Source: Candidatus Iainarchaeum sp. (GTDB lineage Archaea > Iainarchaeota > Iainarchaeia > Iainarchaeales > DTGL01). From it: DNA of 32,000 nt. Made by a program: the position numbers and the translations under genes. Below the pieces are notes generated by a model that was not told where the DNA came from, did not search any database, and worked only from the letters and a program-made list of their open reading frames with translations. The first letter of the stretch is position 1. The number at the start of each line of letters is the position of its first letter. The stretch spans positions 1-32,000 of the forward strand of contig JAVYME010000002.1 in assembly GCA_038736825.1 (NCBI GenBank), given 5' to 3'. This document shows, piece after piece, positions 15,118-23,725 of this stretch.

Positions 15118-15846
15118 ATGATGGAATTGGCTGGTAGTGCTTTCAAGGAAGAGCTTTTGGAGCGAGTGAGAGAGCTTGAAAGGAAATTGAAGGAAAAAGA
15201 GGCAGAGGTTAGGGCTTTAAGCGAGAAAGCCAAAACTGCTTCCTTGTTTGAGTTTTCTGAAAAGGGTTTAAGGCTTAAATTGTACCGTTTTCTTTTGAAA
15301 AAGTATTCTGCTCTCTTGAATGAAAAGGAAAAGAAAACAATTGGTGAAGTGAAAGCCTTGATTGATGGCTCTGACCTTACAATTCAAAGCCTTGTGTCAG
15401 AGTTTAAGGGCAATTCTTATGAGTTTGAAAGGGATTTTTTGAGTGCTGCTGAAAAGGCTTTCGAGTTTGTGAAAAAGGAAATCGCTTATGTAAAACTCGA
15501 CTTGGACTTGGATTTTTTCATGTCTCCGCTTGAAATAATGACTGAAAAGGTTGCAGATGACGAGGATAAAGCGATTTTTTTGTGCTCTATGCTGTTTGCT
15601 TTGGGTGATGAAAGCGCAAGCGTTGTGATTGCCGAACTTGATGACCTTTCAACCCATGCTTTTGTGGTTTTAGAATTTGATGAAAAAGTGTTTTTTTTGG
15701 ATGCATCGCAAGAGCACGGTTTTTCAGAGTTTTCTGGAACCACAAGCGAAGTATTGAAAAAGTATTCTTTTGAAGGGCACAAAATCCGAAAGCTTTTATA
15801 CAAATTCAACCATTTTGAATACAAGTCTTTTGTGGAAGAAGGCTAA
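15118..15846 (+). CDS. Coiled-coil N-terminus plus a transglutaminase-like (Cys-His-Asp) domain protein
   Basis: The order and spacing in AIFLCSMLFALGDES...STHAFVVLEF...VFFLDAS fit the papain-like transglutaminase core triad. TATA-like AATAAATA at 15081-15088. Confidence 0.6.
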   Translation: MMELAGSAFKEELLERVRELERKLKEKEAEVRALSEKAKTASLFEFSEKGLRLKLYRFLLKKYSALLNEKEKKTIGEVKALIDGSDLTIQSLVSEFKGNSYEFERDFLSAAEKAFEFVKKEIAYVKLDLDLDFFMSPLEIMTEKVADDEDKAIFLCSMLFALGDESASVVIAELDDLSTHAFVVLEFDEKVFFLDASQEHGFSEFSGTTSEVLKKYSFEGHKIRKLLYKFNHFEYKSFVEEG

Positions 15847-15870
15847 ACTTTTCACCAAGTGGTTTTTTTT

Positions 15871-16305
15871 ATGGTTTTAAGAGTGAAAAAAGAGAAAAGC
15901 GCTGGCGCTATAGTTTTCCGGCGCGGGCAAAAAGGAATAGAATTCCTTTTATTGCATTACGGGAAAGGCCACTGGGAGTTTCCCAAAGGGCATGTTGAGG
16001 CAAGAGAGACAGAGATTGAAACGCTTTTGCGTGAACTAGAAGAGGAAACCGGGCTTTTTGATGTAAGGATTTTGCCTGGTTTCAGGCATGAAATAAAGTA
16101 TTTTTTCACTGAAAACAGGAAAAGAATTGCCAAAACAGCGGTTTTCTATCTTGCAGAGTGCATTAGTGGAAATGTGCGATTGTCTTTTGAGCATTCAGAG
16201 TTTGAATGGCTTCCTTTTGAGAGTGCATTGAAACGATTGTCTTTTCAAAACACCAAGGAATTGCTGGCAAAAGCCAAAGAGTTTTTGGACAGGCAAGCAC
16301 TTTAA
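15871..16305 (+). CDS. NUDIX hydrolase
   Basis: Complete Nudix box GHVEARETEIETLLRELEEETGL (Gx5Ex7REUxEExGU). Start at ATG 15871 (track start is GTG 15859). Confidence 0.85.
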   Translation: MVLRVKKEKSAGAIVFRRGQKGIEFLLLHYGKGHWEFPKGHVEARETEIETLLRELEEETGLFDVRILPGFRHEIKYFFTENRKRIAKTAVFYLAECISGNVRLSFEHSEFEWLPFESALKRLSFQNTKELLAKAKEFLDRQAL

Positions 16306-16377
16306 GCTCTTTTCATCAGCACAATCAAAATAAATATTAACCAGTTTTCCTTTTATTTGTCTAAGGGGTTTTTTTGC

Positions 16378-16752
16378 ATGGCTGGAAAATGGGTTCGCCC
16401 AAGGCTTTCTGTTAAAAGAAAAACTGGATTCAAGATTGAAAGAATTGAATTCAGAACGCGTTTTTTTGAAAAGGTTGCGTTTATGGGTTGCCCGCACTGG
16501 CGCCTTAGGGCTGAATACAGGCAAGGCAATAAGGATTTGAGTTTGAGGGAAGCCAAATCCCTTGCAAGGAAATCTTTTGAAAAACTTGCTTTAATGGGAA
16601 TGCAAGCGGAAAAAATAAAGCCAATGTATTTTTTGATTGAAGAGGGCGGTGAAAAGAAAAGTTTTCTGGCAAAACCGGATGTTGAAAGGTTAAAGGCTTT
16701 GCAGGCAAAAGCCAGACAGGACAAGCCAAAAAAGAGAAAGGGAATTAAATGA
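16378..16752 (+). CDS. Basic 124-aa hypothetical protein
   Basis: ATGA overlap with the downstream galT-like gene supports translation on the + strand. No recognisable domain. Competing minus-strand ORFs (16353..16724, 16195..16524) have no such coupling. Confidence 0.5.
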   Translation: MAGKWVRPRLSVKRKTGFKIERIEFRTRFFEKVAFMGCPHWRLRAEYRQGNKDLSLREAKSLARKSFEKLALMGMQAEKIKPMYFLIEEGGEKKSFLAKPDVERLKALQAKARQDKPKKRKGIK

Positions 16753-17819
16753 ATGAATTGCGCAAGGATTACTTGGTGGAAGAATGGGTTATTATTGCTT
16801 CAGGGCGAAGCAAAAGACCACAGCCTTCAAGTGAAAGCGAGCGCAAAAGCACTCCTTTGGAGAAATGCCCTTTTTGTCCTGGAAAGGAAAACGAAACCCC
16901 TCCTGAAATAATGCGCTTGCCTGTGAGCTCTAAGGGCTGGAGGGTAAGGGTTGTGCCAAACAAGTTCAGTGCAGTTCAAGACCATGGAGTGATTGAATCC
17001 CTGGGCTTAAAATACCGCTCTCTAAAAACCGCTTTTGGCAAGCACGAAGTAATAATTGAAACCCCAATCCACGACCTGGAAATGGCGGATTTTTCCCTTG
17101 AAAGAATTAAAGAGGTTTTAAGCGTTTACATTGAAAGAGTCAAAGCCCTTGAAGCAATAAAAGGAGTCGAAGAAGTTTGCTTGTTCAAAAACCAGGGTTT
17201 TTCCGCGGGCGCATCCATAAGCCACACTCACTCGCAAATAATTGCATTGAACAAGGTTTCAGAAAAAACCAAGAGAGAATTGAAAGCCTTCAATGCAGCC
17301 TTTCTTGAATCACAATCCTGCCCTTATTGCGAAATAATCTCTCTTGAAATGGACTCCCAGAGAAGGGTTTACGAAAACCAGTCTTTTGCCTGCTTTACGC
17401 CCTTTGCACCCCGTGCTGGCTATCAATTGCTGGTTTTCCCAAAAAAGCACTCCAGGCATTTTTCAGAAATGGGGGAAAAGGAAAAAGCAGACTTGGCAGA
17501 AATACTGAAAAAAGCGCTTTCAGCAATAAAAACCCTTGGCGCAGACTTCAACATGGTTTTCAGGAACGCAGTGCCTTCAGCCAGAGAATACCACTGGCAC
17601 ATTTCCATAATGCCTCGCTTGCTTGTGCGCGCTGGCTTTGAAGAAGGCACAGACTGCATAATAAACATTTACTCTCCAGAGGAAAGCGCTGCATTCTATC
17701 GCGAAGAATTTGCAAAACCATTAAAGGAGGCAAAAACAGAGGAATTAAAAGAACAACCGGAAACAGGGGATTTCTACTTAAAATTAAACCTTTCCTTTGA
17801 ACCGGGAGAACAAAAATGA
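16749..17819 (+). CDS. galT: Galactose-1-phosphate uridylyltransferase-family enzyme (GalT-type HIT; hexose-1-P nucleotidyltransferase or NDP-glucose phosphorylase)
   Basis: CPFCPG zinc motif near the N-terminus, active-site SHTHSQII (HxHxQ), and a second half-domain with HWHI. Confidence 0.8.
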   Translation: MNELRKDYLVEEWVIIASGRSKRPQPSSESERKSTPLEKCPFCPGKENETPPEIMRLPVSSKGWRVRVVPNKFSAVQDHGVIESLGLKYRSLKTAFGKHEVIIETPIHDLEMADFSLERIKEVLSVYIERVKALEAIKGVEEVCLFKNQGFSAGASISHTHSQIIALNKVSEKTKRELKAFNAAFLESQSCPYCEIISLEMDSQRRVYENQSFACFTPFAPRAGYQLLVFPKKHSRHFSEMGEKEKADLAEILKKALSAIKTLGADFNMVFRNAVPSAREYHWHISIMPRLLVRAGFEEGTDCIINIYSPEESAAFYREEFAKPLKEAKTEELKEQPETGDFYLKLNLSFEPGEQK

Positions 17820-19189
17820 ATCCAGAGATTTTCCGCGAATACGACATTCGCGGGCACGCAGAAAAAGACTTGGACAACCAAACAGTGAAAAAAATAGCGA
17901 AAGCCTTTGCCTCAAAAATTTTGGAAAAAAAAGGCAGAACTGTCTGCCTTGGAATGGACAACAGGGAAAGCAGTGAAAGAATTGCAAGCGCTTTCCGCAA
18001 TGGCTTGACAGAAAGCGGGCTCAACGTAATAGATGTGGGCATTGTGCCAATTCCAGCACTCTATTATTCCATTATTGCCTTCAATTCAGACGGAGGAGCA
18101 ATGATTACAGGCTCGCATTTAGCAAAAGAATTCAATGGATTCAAGTTGAGTGACGACAAAAGCGCTGCAACCCTTTTTGGAAAACAAATACTGGAATTAA
18201 AAGAAATCGCTGAAAGCAAAAAATTTCAAAGCCTTGAAAAAAAAGGCTTGGTGGAGAAAAAAAACGTGCTGAATTCCTTTATTGGCTCAATAGTGGAAAG
18301 AATTCACTTGCAGCGCTCATTGAAAATTGCAGTGGATTGCGGGAATGGCACAGCCTCGCTTGCAGCCAGCCAAATCCTGAAAGCCATTGGATGCCAAGCA
18401 AGCCCATTATACTGTGACTTGAATTCCGGTTTTCCAAACCACCACCCAGACCCAGTAAAACCAGAAAACCTGCAAGCCTTGATTGAAAAGGTTAAAAGAG
18501 AAAAATGCGATTTCGGGGTAGCCTTTGACGGCGACGCTGACAGAATCGGCGTAGTTGACGAAAAAGGCAACATTTTATGGGGCGACATGCTGTTATCAAT
18601 TTTTGCCCAAGACCTGCTTGAAAGAAAACCAAAAGCAAAAATAGTTTTTGAAGTGAAATGCTCCAAAATAGTGGAAGACACAGTGAAAAAAGCCGGCGGC
18701 ATTCCAATAATGTGGAAAACAGGCCATTCCCTGATAAAAAAGAAAATGCGCGATGAAGGCGCACTGCTTGCAGGAGAAATGTCAGGGCATCTCTTCTTTG
18801 CAGACAACTATTTTGGCTTTGATGACGCGCTTTTTGCAATGGCAAGGCTTTGCGAAATTGTTTCCAGAAAAGGCGCTCTCGGAAAAATAGCCTCAAGCCT
18901 GCCAAAATACAATTCAACGCCAGAAATCAGAATTGAATGCAATGAAAAAGAAAAATGGCTTTTAGTGGAAAAAGCCAAAAAATATTTTTCAGCAAAACAC
19001 GACATTATAACAATTGACGGAGTTCGCGTGAATTTTCCTGATGGCTGGGCTTTGGTTAGAGCCAGCAACACAAGCCCAGTATTGGTTCTCCGCATGGAAT
19101 CCTCAACAAAAAAAGGGCTTGAAAGAATAAAGGAAGAAATGCGGATTGCAATGAAAGAAATAGCTCCAAAACTGGAATTGGGGTTTTAA
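17816..19189 (+). CDS. Phosphomannomutase/phosphoglucomutase (alpha-D-phosphohexomutase family)
   Basis: Phosphoserine loop ITGSHLAKEFNGFK, metal loop FDGDADR, sugar loop GEMSGH, phosphate loop RASNTSP. ATGA overlap with galT. Confidence 0.9.
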   Translation: MNPEIFREYDIRGHAEKDLDNQTVKKIAKAFASKILEKKGRTVCLGMDNRESSERIASAFRNGLTESGLNVIDVGIVPIPALYYSIIAFNSDGGAMITGSHLAKEFNGFKLSDDKSAATLFGKQILELKEIAESKKFQSLEKKGLVEKKNVLNSFIGSIVERIHLQRSLKIAVDCGNGTASLAASQILKAIGCQASPLYCDLNSGFPNHHPDPVKPENLQALIEKVKREKCDFGVAFDGDADRIGVVDEKGNILWGDMLLSIFAQDLLERKPKAKIVFEVKCSKIVEDTVKKAGGIPIMWKTGHSLIKKKMRDEGALLAGEMSGHLFFADNYFGFDDALFAMARLCEIVSRKGALGKIASSLPKYNSTPEIRIECNEKEKWLLVEKAKKYFSAKHDIITIDGVRVNFPDGWALVRASNTSPVLVLRMESSTKKGLERIKEEMRIAMKEIAPKLELGF

Positions 19190-19893
19190 TGCCAGCAAAA
19201 TACACTGGACCGGTTGTTTTTATCACTCACCCGCTTTGGACTGAAGCCAGAAACGGTTTTTTAGAACCAGAAAAGGTTAAAAGGCAGGAAAAATTTCACA
19301 GGCAAAAAATTTTGCAATTGCTTTGTTTTGCAGCAAAACACGGGTTGCCTGTTTTCTATGTTCGAGACCCAAAAACTGAAAAAAAATTTTTTGAACTTGC
19401 TGAACAGGCAGGCTTTAATGCAAGAGAGCGCCACAGAGTGTTTCAATTGAAACCGGTTTTTTTTTCAAAACAAAACAGGAATGCTCAAATCATTTGCCTG
19501 GAGCAAGGCACGGCTTTGCCAGAAAAACTGAAAAACCATTTTAATCCAACCTCCATTATTCACGCTGGCGCTCTTAGAACTGAATGCGTTGGCGACAGTA
19601 TTTTTGGCACTGGAAAGGCTTGGCCTAACGCGAGACAGGTTTTGCTCACTGGTTCTTATTCCTTTGAATTGCCAGCATTTCGCTTTCCAAGCGAACCAAA
19701 AAATAGGGGGGTTTGGACTGATAGAGCGGCAAAAATGCGAGAATTAAGGGCTTCAGGAGTTCATACAACCAGCAAGCTTGGAAGGCACTTGTTTTTCCCA
19801 CAGCATTCTTTCAATAGCAAGAGCAATGGAATGCCTTTAAAGCCAGTGCTGGCTTCAAGAAAAAAGCCAAGGTTTAACCCGAAAAGAATTTGA
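19189..19893 (+). CDS. Hypothetical protein (234 aa, very basic C-terminus)
   Basis: Its start overlaps the PMM/PGM stop (TAATG). No domain recognised; IIHAGALRTECVGDS is only vaguely isochorismatase-like. Confidence 0.55.
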   Translation: MPAKYTGPVVFITHPLWTEARNGFLEPEKVKRQEKFHRQKILQLLCFAAKHGLPVFYVRDPKTEKKFFELAEQAGFNARERHRVFQLKPVFFSKQNRNAQIICLEQGTALPEKLKNHFNPTSIIHAGALRTECVGDSIFGTGKAWPNARQVLLTGSYSFELPAFRFPSEPKNRGVWTDRAAKMRELRASGVHTTSKLGRHLFFPQHSFNSKSNGMPLKPVLASRKKPRFNPKRI

Positions 19894-19918
19894 ATCGTTG
19901 TTCAACGAAAAAAAAGCG

Positions 19919-19930
19919 TTTTTTGTTTTT
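19919..19930 (+). terminator. Oligo-T terminator candidate (T6-G-T5) after the sugar-nucleotide operon
   Basis: T-runs 26 nt after the stop at 19893. Confidence 0.35.
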
Positions 19931-19946
19931 CCTTGAATCGTTGTTT

Positions 19947-20014
19947 GTCGTTGTTTGGAAATATATTAAAAGTTTATAGTGTCGTTGTTTGGAAATATAT
20001 TAAAAGTTTATAGT
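19947..20014. repeat. Perfect tandem duplication of a 34-bp unit (GTCGTTGTTTGGAAATATATTAAAAGTTTATAGT) upstream of gap
   Basis: 19947-19980 and 19981-20014 are identical base for base. Each copy carries AAAAG-TTTATAGT, a BRE/TATA-like element. Confidence 0.95.
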
Positions 20015-20073
20015 TTCCAATATTAAACGTTTCATTATAACGCGTTTTTTTTTGGGTTAAGGGGGGTTGAAAT

Positions 20074-21072
20074 TTGAAGGTTGCAATTAATGGGTTTGGG
20101 AGAATTGGAAGGCTTTTTTTAAGGCATGCTCTTTCAGAAAAATCAATTAATGTTGTTGCAGTGAACGATTTAGGTGATGCCAAAACAATGGCTCACTTGT
20201 TCAAATATGACTCTGTTTTTGGCAAATTTCCAGGGGAAGTCAAGGCTGGCGATGGCGAAATAAGCATTAATGGAAAAAAAATCAAGGTTTTCAGCGAGCG
20301 CGATCCAGAAAAACTGCCTTGGGCTTCACTTGGCGTTGAAATAGTGCTTGAAAGCACTGGGGTTTTTACCAAAAAAGAGGATTGCTCGAAGCATTTAAAG
20401 GCTGGCGCTAAAAGGGTTGTTTTAAGCGCTCCACCGAAATCAGATGACATTAAACAGTTTGTTTTGGGCGTGAACGAGAAAAACTATGATCCAAAGACAG
20501 ATTTCATTGTCAGCAATGCGTCTTGCACTACAAACTCTCTTGCTCCAGTGGCAAAAATTTTAAATGACGAGTTTGGAATTGAAAAGGGCTTTATGACAAC
20601 AATTCACGCTTACACTGGCGACCAGGTTTTAGTGGACGGCCCTCACAAGGATTTGAGGAGGGCTCGCGCTGCTGCCACCAACATTGTTCCAACCACTACT
20701 GGTGCAGCAAAAGCCATTTCTAGAGTGATTCCAGAGCTTGCTGGAAAGCTTGACGGGATTGCTGTCAGAGTGCCAGTGCCTTGTGGTTCTGTGACAGATT
20801 TTGTTGCATGGCTTGAAAGGGAAGTAACAGTTGAACAAGTGAATGCTGCAGTTAAAAAGGCAGCAGAGGGTTCCATGAAGGGCATTCTTGAATTCAGCAC
20901 TGAAGAGCTTGTGAGCAGCGACATTGTTGCAAACCCGCATTCCAGCATTTTTGATTCCAAGTGCACTATGGCTTCAGGGAAAATGGTTAAGGTTTTGTGC
21001 TGGTATGACAACGAATTCGGTTACAGCAAAAGGCTTGTTGATTTAATGAAATTCATGGAGGCAAAAAAATGA
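20074..21072 (+). CDS. gap: Glyceraldehyde-3-phosphate dehydrogenase, class I (bacterial/eukaryal type)
   Basis: INGFGRIGR Rossmann motif and active-site SNASCTTN. TTG start preceded by AAGGGGGG. 332 aa. Confidence 0.95.
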   Translation: MKVAINGFGRIGRLFLRHALSEKSINVVAVNDLGDAKTMAHLFKYDSVFGKFPGEVKAGDGEISINGKKIKVFSERDPEKLPWASLGVEIVLESTGVFTKKEDCSKHLKAGAKRVVLSAPPKSDDIKQFVLGVNEKNYDPKTDFIVSNASCTTNSLAPVAKILNDEFGIEKGFMTTIHAYTGDQVLVDGPHKDLRRARAAATNIVPTTTGAAKAISRVIPELAGKLDGIAVRVPVPCGSVTDFVAWLEREVTVEQVNAAVKKAAEGSMKGILEFSTEELVSSDIVANPHSSIFDSKCTMASGKMVKVLCWYDNEFGYSKRLVDLMKFMEAKK

Positions 21073-22322
21073 TTGACGGGATTCGTTCCATTGAAGAGGT
21101 TTCAGTCAAGGGCAAAACAGTTATTTTGAGGGCAGACCTTAATTCTGCAGTCAAGACATCCATGGAACTGGCTGAACCATTAAAGGAAGAACCAAAGTTC
21201 AAGCACACCAAACTCCTTAAAAGCCCAAAGCTTGCAGCGCACGCTAAAACCATAAGATGGCTTGCAGCCAATGGAGCGAAAATTGTTGTTTTAAGCCATC
21301 AAGGCAGGGAAGGCAGAAGCGATTTCATAGATTTAAGCAATCATTGCACAATCCTGCAAAGGCTTACAGACTTAAATGTAAGTTTTTTCAAGTGGAACGA
21401 AGACTATCTTTCAGCAATAAAAAAAATGAAAGAAGGCGAAGTGGTTCTCCTTGACAACACCCGCTTTCTCGCGTTTGAGTCAAAAGAAAAGCCAGCCGCA
21501 GAACACGCAAAAGAAAAAACAATAAAGGATTTGGCTTCTGTTGCAGATTTCTTTGTATTGGATGCCTTAAGCGTTGCACACAGGTCTCATGCCACAGTGG
21601 TTGGCTTTACCGCATTACTGCCAAGCTTTGCAGGACCGATTTTGGTTGACGAGCTTGAAGCACTGAAAAAAATAGAAAGCGCTAAGGATAACACAGTGCT
21701 AGTGGTTGGCGGCTTAAAGCCAGAGGACACCCTGCCAGTAGTGGAAAAAATGTTGTCCGGAAAGCGCGCAAGCCAGGTTTTGCTTGGCGGCGGTTTGGGC
21801 GAACTAGCCATAATGGCTAAAGGCAAAAGCCTTGGAGAAAAAGACGCTTTCTTAAAGGAAAACAAGGTGCTTGACTCTTTGCCTGAAATGAAGCGCGTGT
21901 TGGAAAAATTCAATGGAAAGATATGCTTTCCAGTGGATTTAGCCATAAGGCGCAAAGGGCAACGCGAGGAAATATCGCTTGCAGAACTTCCAATAAACGA
22001 CATGATTTATGATGTTGGCGAAATCACAATGAAAAACTATTGCAGCATTGTGAGCAAGGCAGACTTGGTTATATTTAATGGTCCTTTGGGCAAGTTTGAA
22101 TCCTACCAGTTTGCTTATGGGACAAGAAAAATGTTTGAAACCCTTTGCAGGAGTCGAGCTTATTCCATAATCGGTGGTGGTGACACGCTTACTGCAATGG
22201 TGCGGCTTGGCTTTAAAGAAAAAGAATTCAACCATGTAAGTCTTGCCGGAAAAGCCTTGCTGCAATTCTTGGTTGGAGAAGAATTGCCTGGAATTATTGC
22301 TTTAGCCAAAAACAAGCAATAA
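21069..22322 (+). CDS. pgk: Phosphoglycerate kinase (archaeal-looking)
   Basis: RADLNS, SHQGR, DALSVAHRSHATVVGF, GGGDT. ATGA overlap with gap. Confidence 0.9.
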   Translation: MIDGIRSIEEVSVKGKTVILRADLNSAVKTSMELAEPLKEEPKFKHTKLLKSPKLAAHAKTIRWLAANGAKIVVLSHQGREGRSDFIDLSNHCTILQRLTDLNVSFFKWNEDYLSAIKKMKEGEVVLLDNTRFLAFESKEKPAAEHAKEKTIKDLASVADFFVLDALSVAHRSHATVVGFTALLPSFAGPILVDELEALKKIESAKDNTVLVVGGLKPEDTLPVVEKMLSGKRASQVLLGGGLGELAIMAKGKSLGEKDAFLKENKVLDSLPEMKRVLEKFNGKICFPVDLAIRRKGQREEISLAELPINDMIYDVGEITMKNYCSIVSKADLVIFNGPLGKFESYQFAYGTRKMFETLCRSRAYSIIGGGDTLTAMVRLGFKEKEFNHVSLAGKALLQFLVGEELPGIIALAKNKQ

Positions 22323-22357
22323 TTTTTTTAAAAGGAAATTTTCACAAAAAAAAGAAC

Positions 22358-22375
22358 TTTCACCCGATAGTGAAA
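22358..22375. promoter_or_regulatory. Inverted repeat TTTCAC-N6-GTGAAA, a candidate operator upstream of the glucan-synthase-like gene
   Basis: Perfect 6+6 dyad. An extra TTTCAC half-site lies at 22340-22345. TATA-like TTTTAATT at 22429-22436. Confidence 0.3.
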
Positions 22376-22455
22376 AAACTGTTGGGTTATCCTTTTCTTT
22401 GCTTTGGTTTATTCTTCTAATTGCGCGCTTTTAATTTTTAGTGATAATGGTTTCC

Positions 22456-23649
22456 ATGGACGTCCTAATGCTTGGCTGGGAATTTCCACCCCTAAAATCT
22501 GGGGGATTAGGCACCTACCTATACCATTTCACCCGCGAACTCCACAAACTAGGCTTAAGCATTTCCCTAATAACACCATACACTGGCAAAGACATTTCTC
22601 CTGGCTTTGTCAAAATCCTTCAAGCAGGCCCAGAAACAGAAATAATCGGCATTAAATCCACCCTCATGCCTTACGCCACCCCCCTGCCAGCAACTGTTCT
22701 CTCAACCACAACCGGATTAAAACAACCCTATGGCTGGAACCTCTTTGAAGAAGTCTCATATTACACTGCCAGAGCAATTGAAATCGGAAAAAAACTACAA
22801 TTCAAAGCAATCCACTGCCATGACTGGATGACATTTCCAGCAGGCATAGAACTCAAAAGCATAACCGGCAAACCACTTATTGCAACCATCCACTCCACAG
22901 AATTCGACCGCACAGGCCAGTTGTATCCAAACGAATGGATTGCTGGAATTGAAAAGACTGGCTTGCAGGCAGCAGACAAAATAATCACAGTAAGCAATTT
23001 CATGAAAACACAAATAGTTGAAAAGTACTCGATTCCACCCGAAAAAATAACTGTTGTCTACAACGCAATAGACCTCTCGCATTACTCAAAAAAACCCCAC
23101 TTGAACAAGCCAAACGAAAAAATTGTATTGTTTGTGGGGCGCCTTACAATCCAAAAAGGGTGCCCTTTCTTTTTGGAAGCAGCAAAAAAGGTTTTAGAGT
23201 TTGAACCAAACGCGCGCTTCATAATAGTGGGTTCAGGCGACATGCTTGGCGAAATGATACAAAAAAGCATTGATTTGGGGATAAGCAGCAATGTCACCTT
23301 TACCGGATTTGAGGAAAACGTCAGCGACTATTATTCCATAGCAGACGTGTTTGTAATGCCCTCGGTTTCAGAACCCTTTGGCTTGACTGCCTTAGAAGCA
23401 ATGGCCTGCATGGCGCCAGTGATTGTAAGCAAGCAGAGCGGGGTAAGCGAGGTTTTGAGAAATGTTTTAAAAGTGGATTTTTGGGATGTGCACGAGCTGG
23501 CAAACAAAATAATCGGAGTCCTTTGCTATGAAGCAGTCCGCTCAGAACTCCAAGAAAAAGGGTTTTCAGAAATCCAAAGGTTCAGGAACTGGGGGGATGT
23601 GGCAAGAGAAACAGCCAAAGTCTACAATGAGGCATACAATGGAGTGTGA
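22456..23649 (+). CDS. GT4/GT5-type glycosyltransferase, glycogen/alpha-glucan synthase-like
   Basis: MDVLMLGWEFPPLKSGGLGT N-terminus and a C-terminal E-x7-E region (PSVSEPFGLTALEAMA). The start could be 22441 or 22447. ATG 22456 is preferred because it sits ~25 nt from the TATA-like element. Confidence 0.85.
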   Translation: MDVLMLGWEFPPLKSGGLGTYLYHFTRELHKLGLSISLITPYTGKDISPGFVKILQAGPETEIIGIKSTLMPYATPLPATVLSTTTGLKQPYGWNLFEEVSYYTARAIEIGKKLQFKAIHCHDWMTFPAGIELKSITGKPLIATIHSTEFDRTGQLYPNEWIAGIEKTGLQAADKIITVSNFMKTQIVEKYSIPPEKITVVYNAIDLSHYSKKPHLNKPNEKIVLFVGRLTIQKGCPFFLEAAKKVLEFEPNARFIIVGSGDMLGEMIQKSIDLGISSNVTFTGFEENVSDYYSIADVFVMPSVSEPFGLTALEAMACMAPVIVSKQSGVSEVLRNVLKVDFWDVHELANKIIGVLCYEAVRSELQEKGFSEIQRFRNWGDVARETAKVYNEAYNGV

Positions 23650-23725
23650 GCGAAGATTGCAAGCAATAGAAACGGGGTTTCTTAAAAAGCCGCCAATAAA
23701 GCCTAAAACTGAAAGGTAATGAAAA

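Noticed and set aside
16195-16729. Minus-strand ORFs 16195..16524, 16353..16724 and 16505..16729
   Set aside because: They overlap the NUDIX 3' end and each other, and they sit in a block where all supported genes are on the + strand. The + ORF 16378..16752 is coupled to galT by an ATGA overlap.
19974-20183. 69-aa minus-strand ORF across the tandem duplication and the gap start
   Set aside because: It runs antisense through the promoter repeat and the 5' end of a very well supported GAPDH gene.
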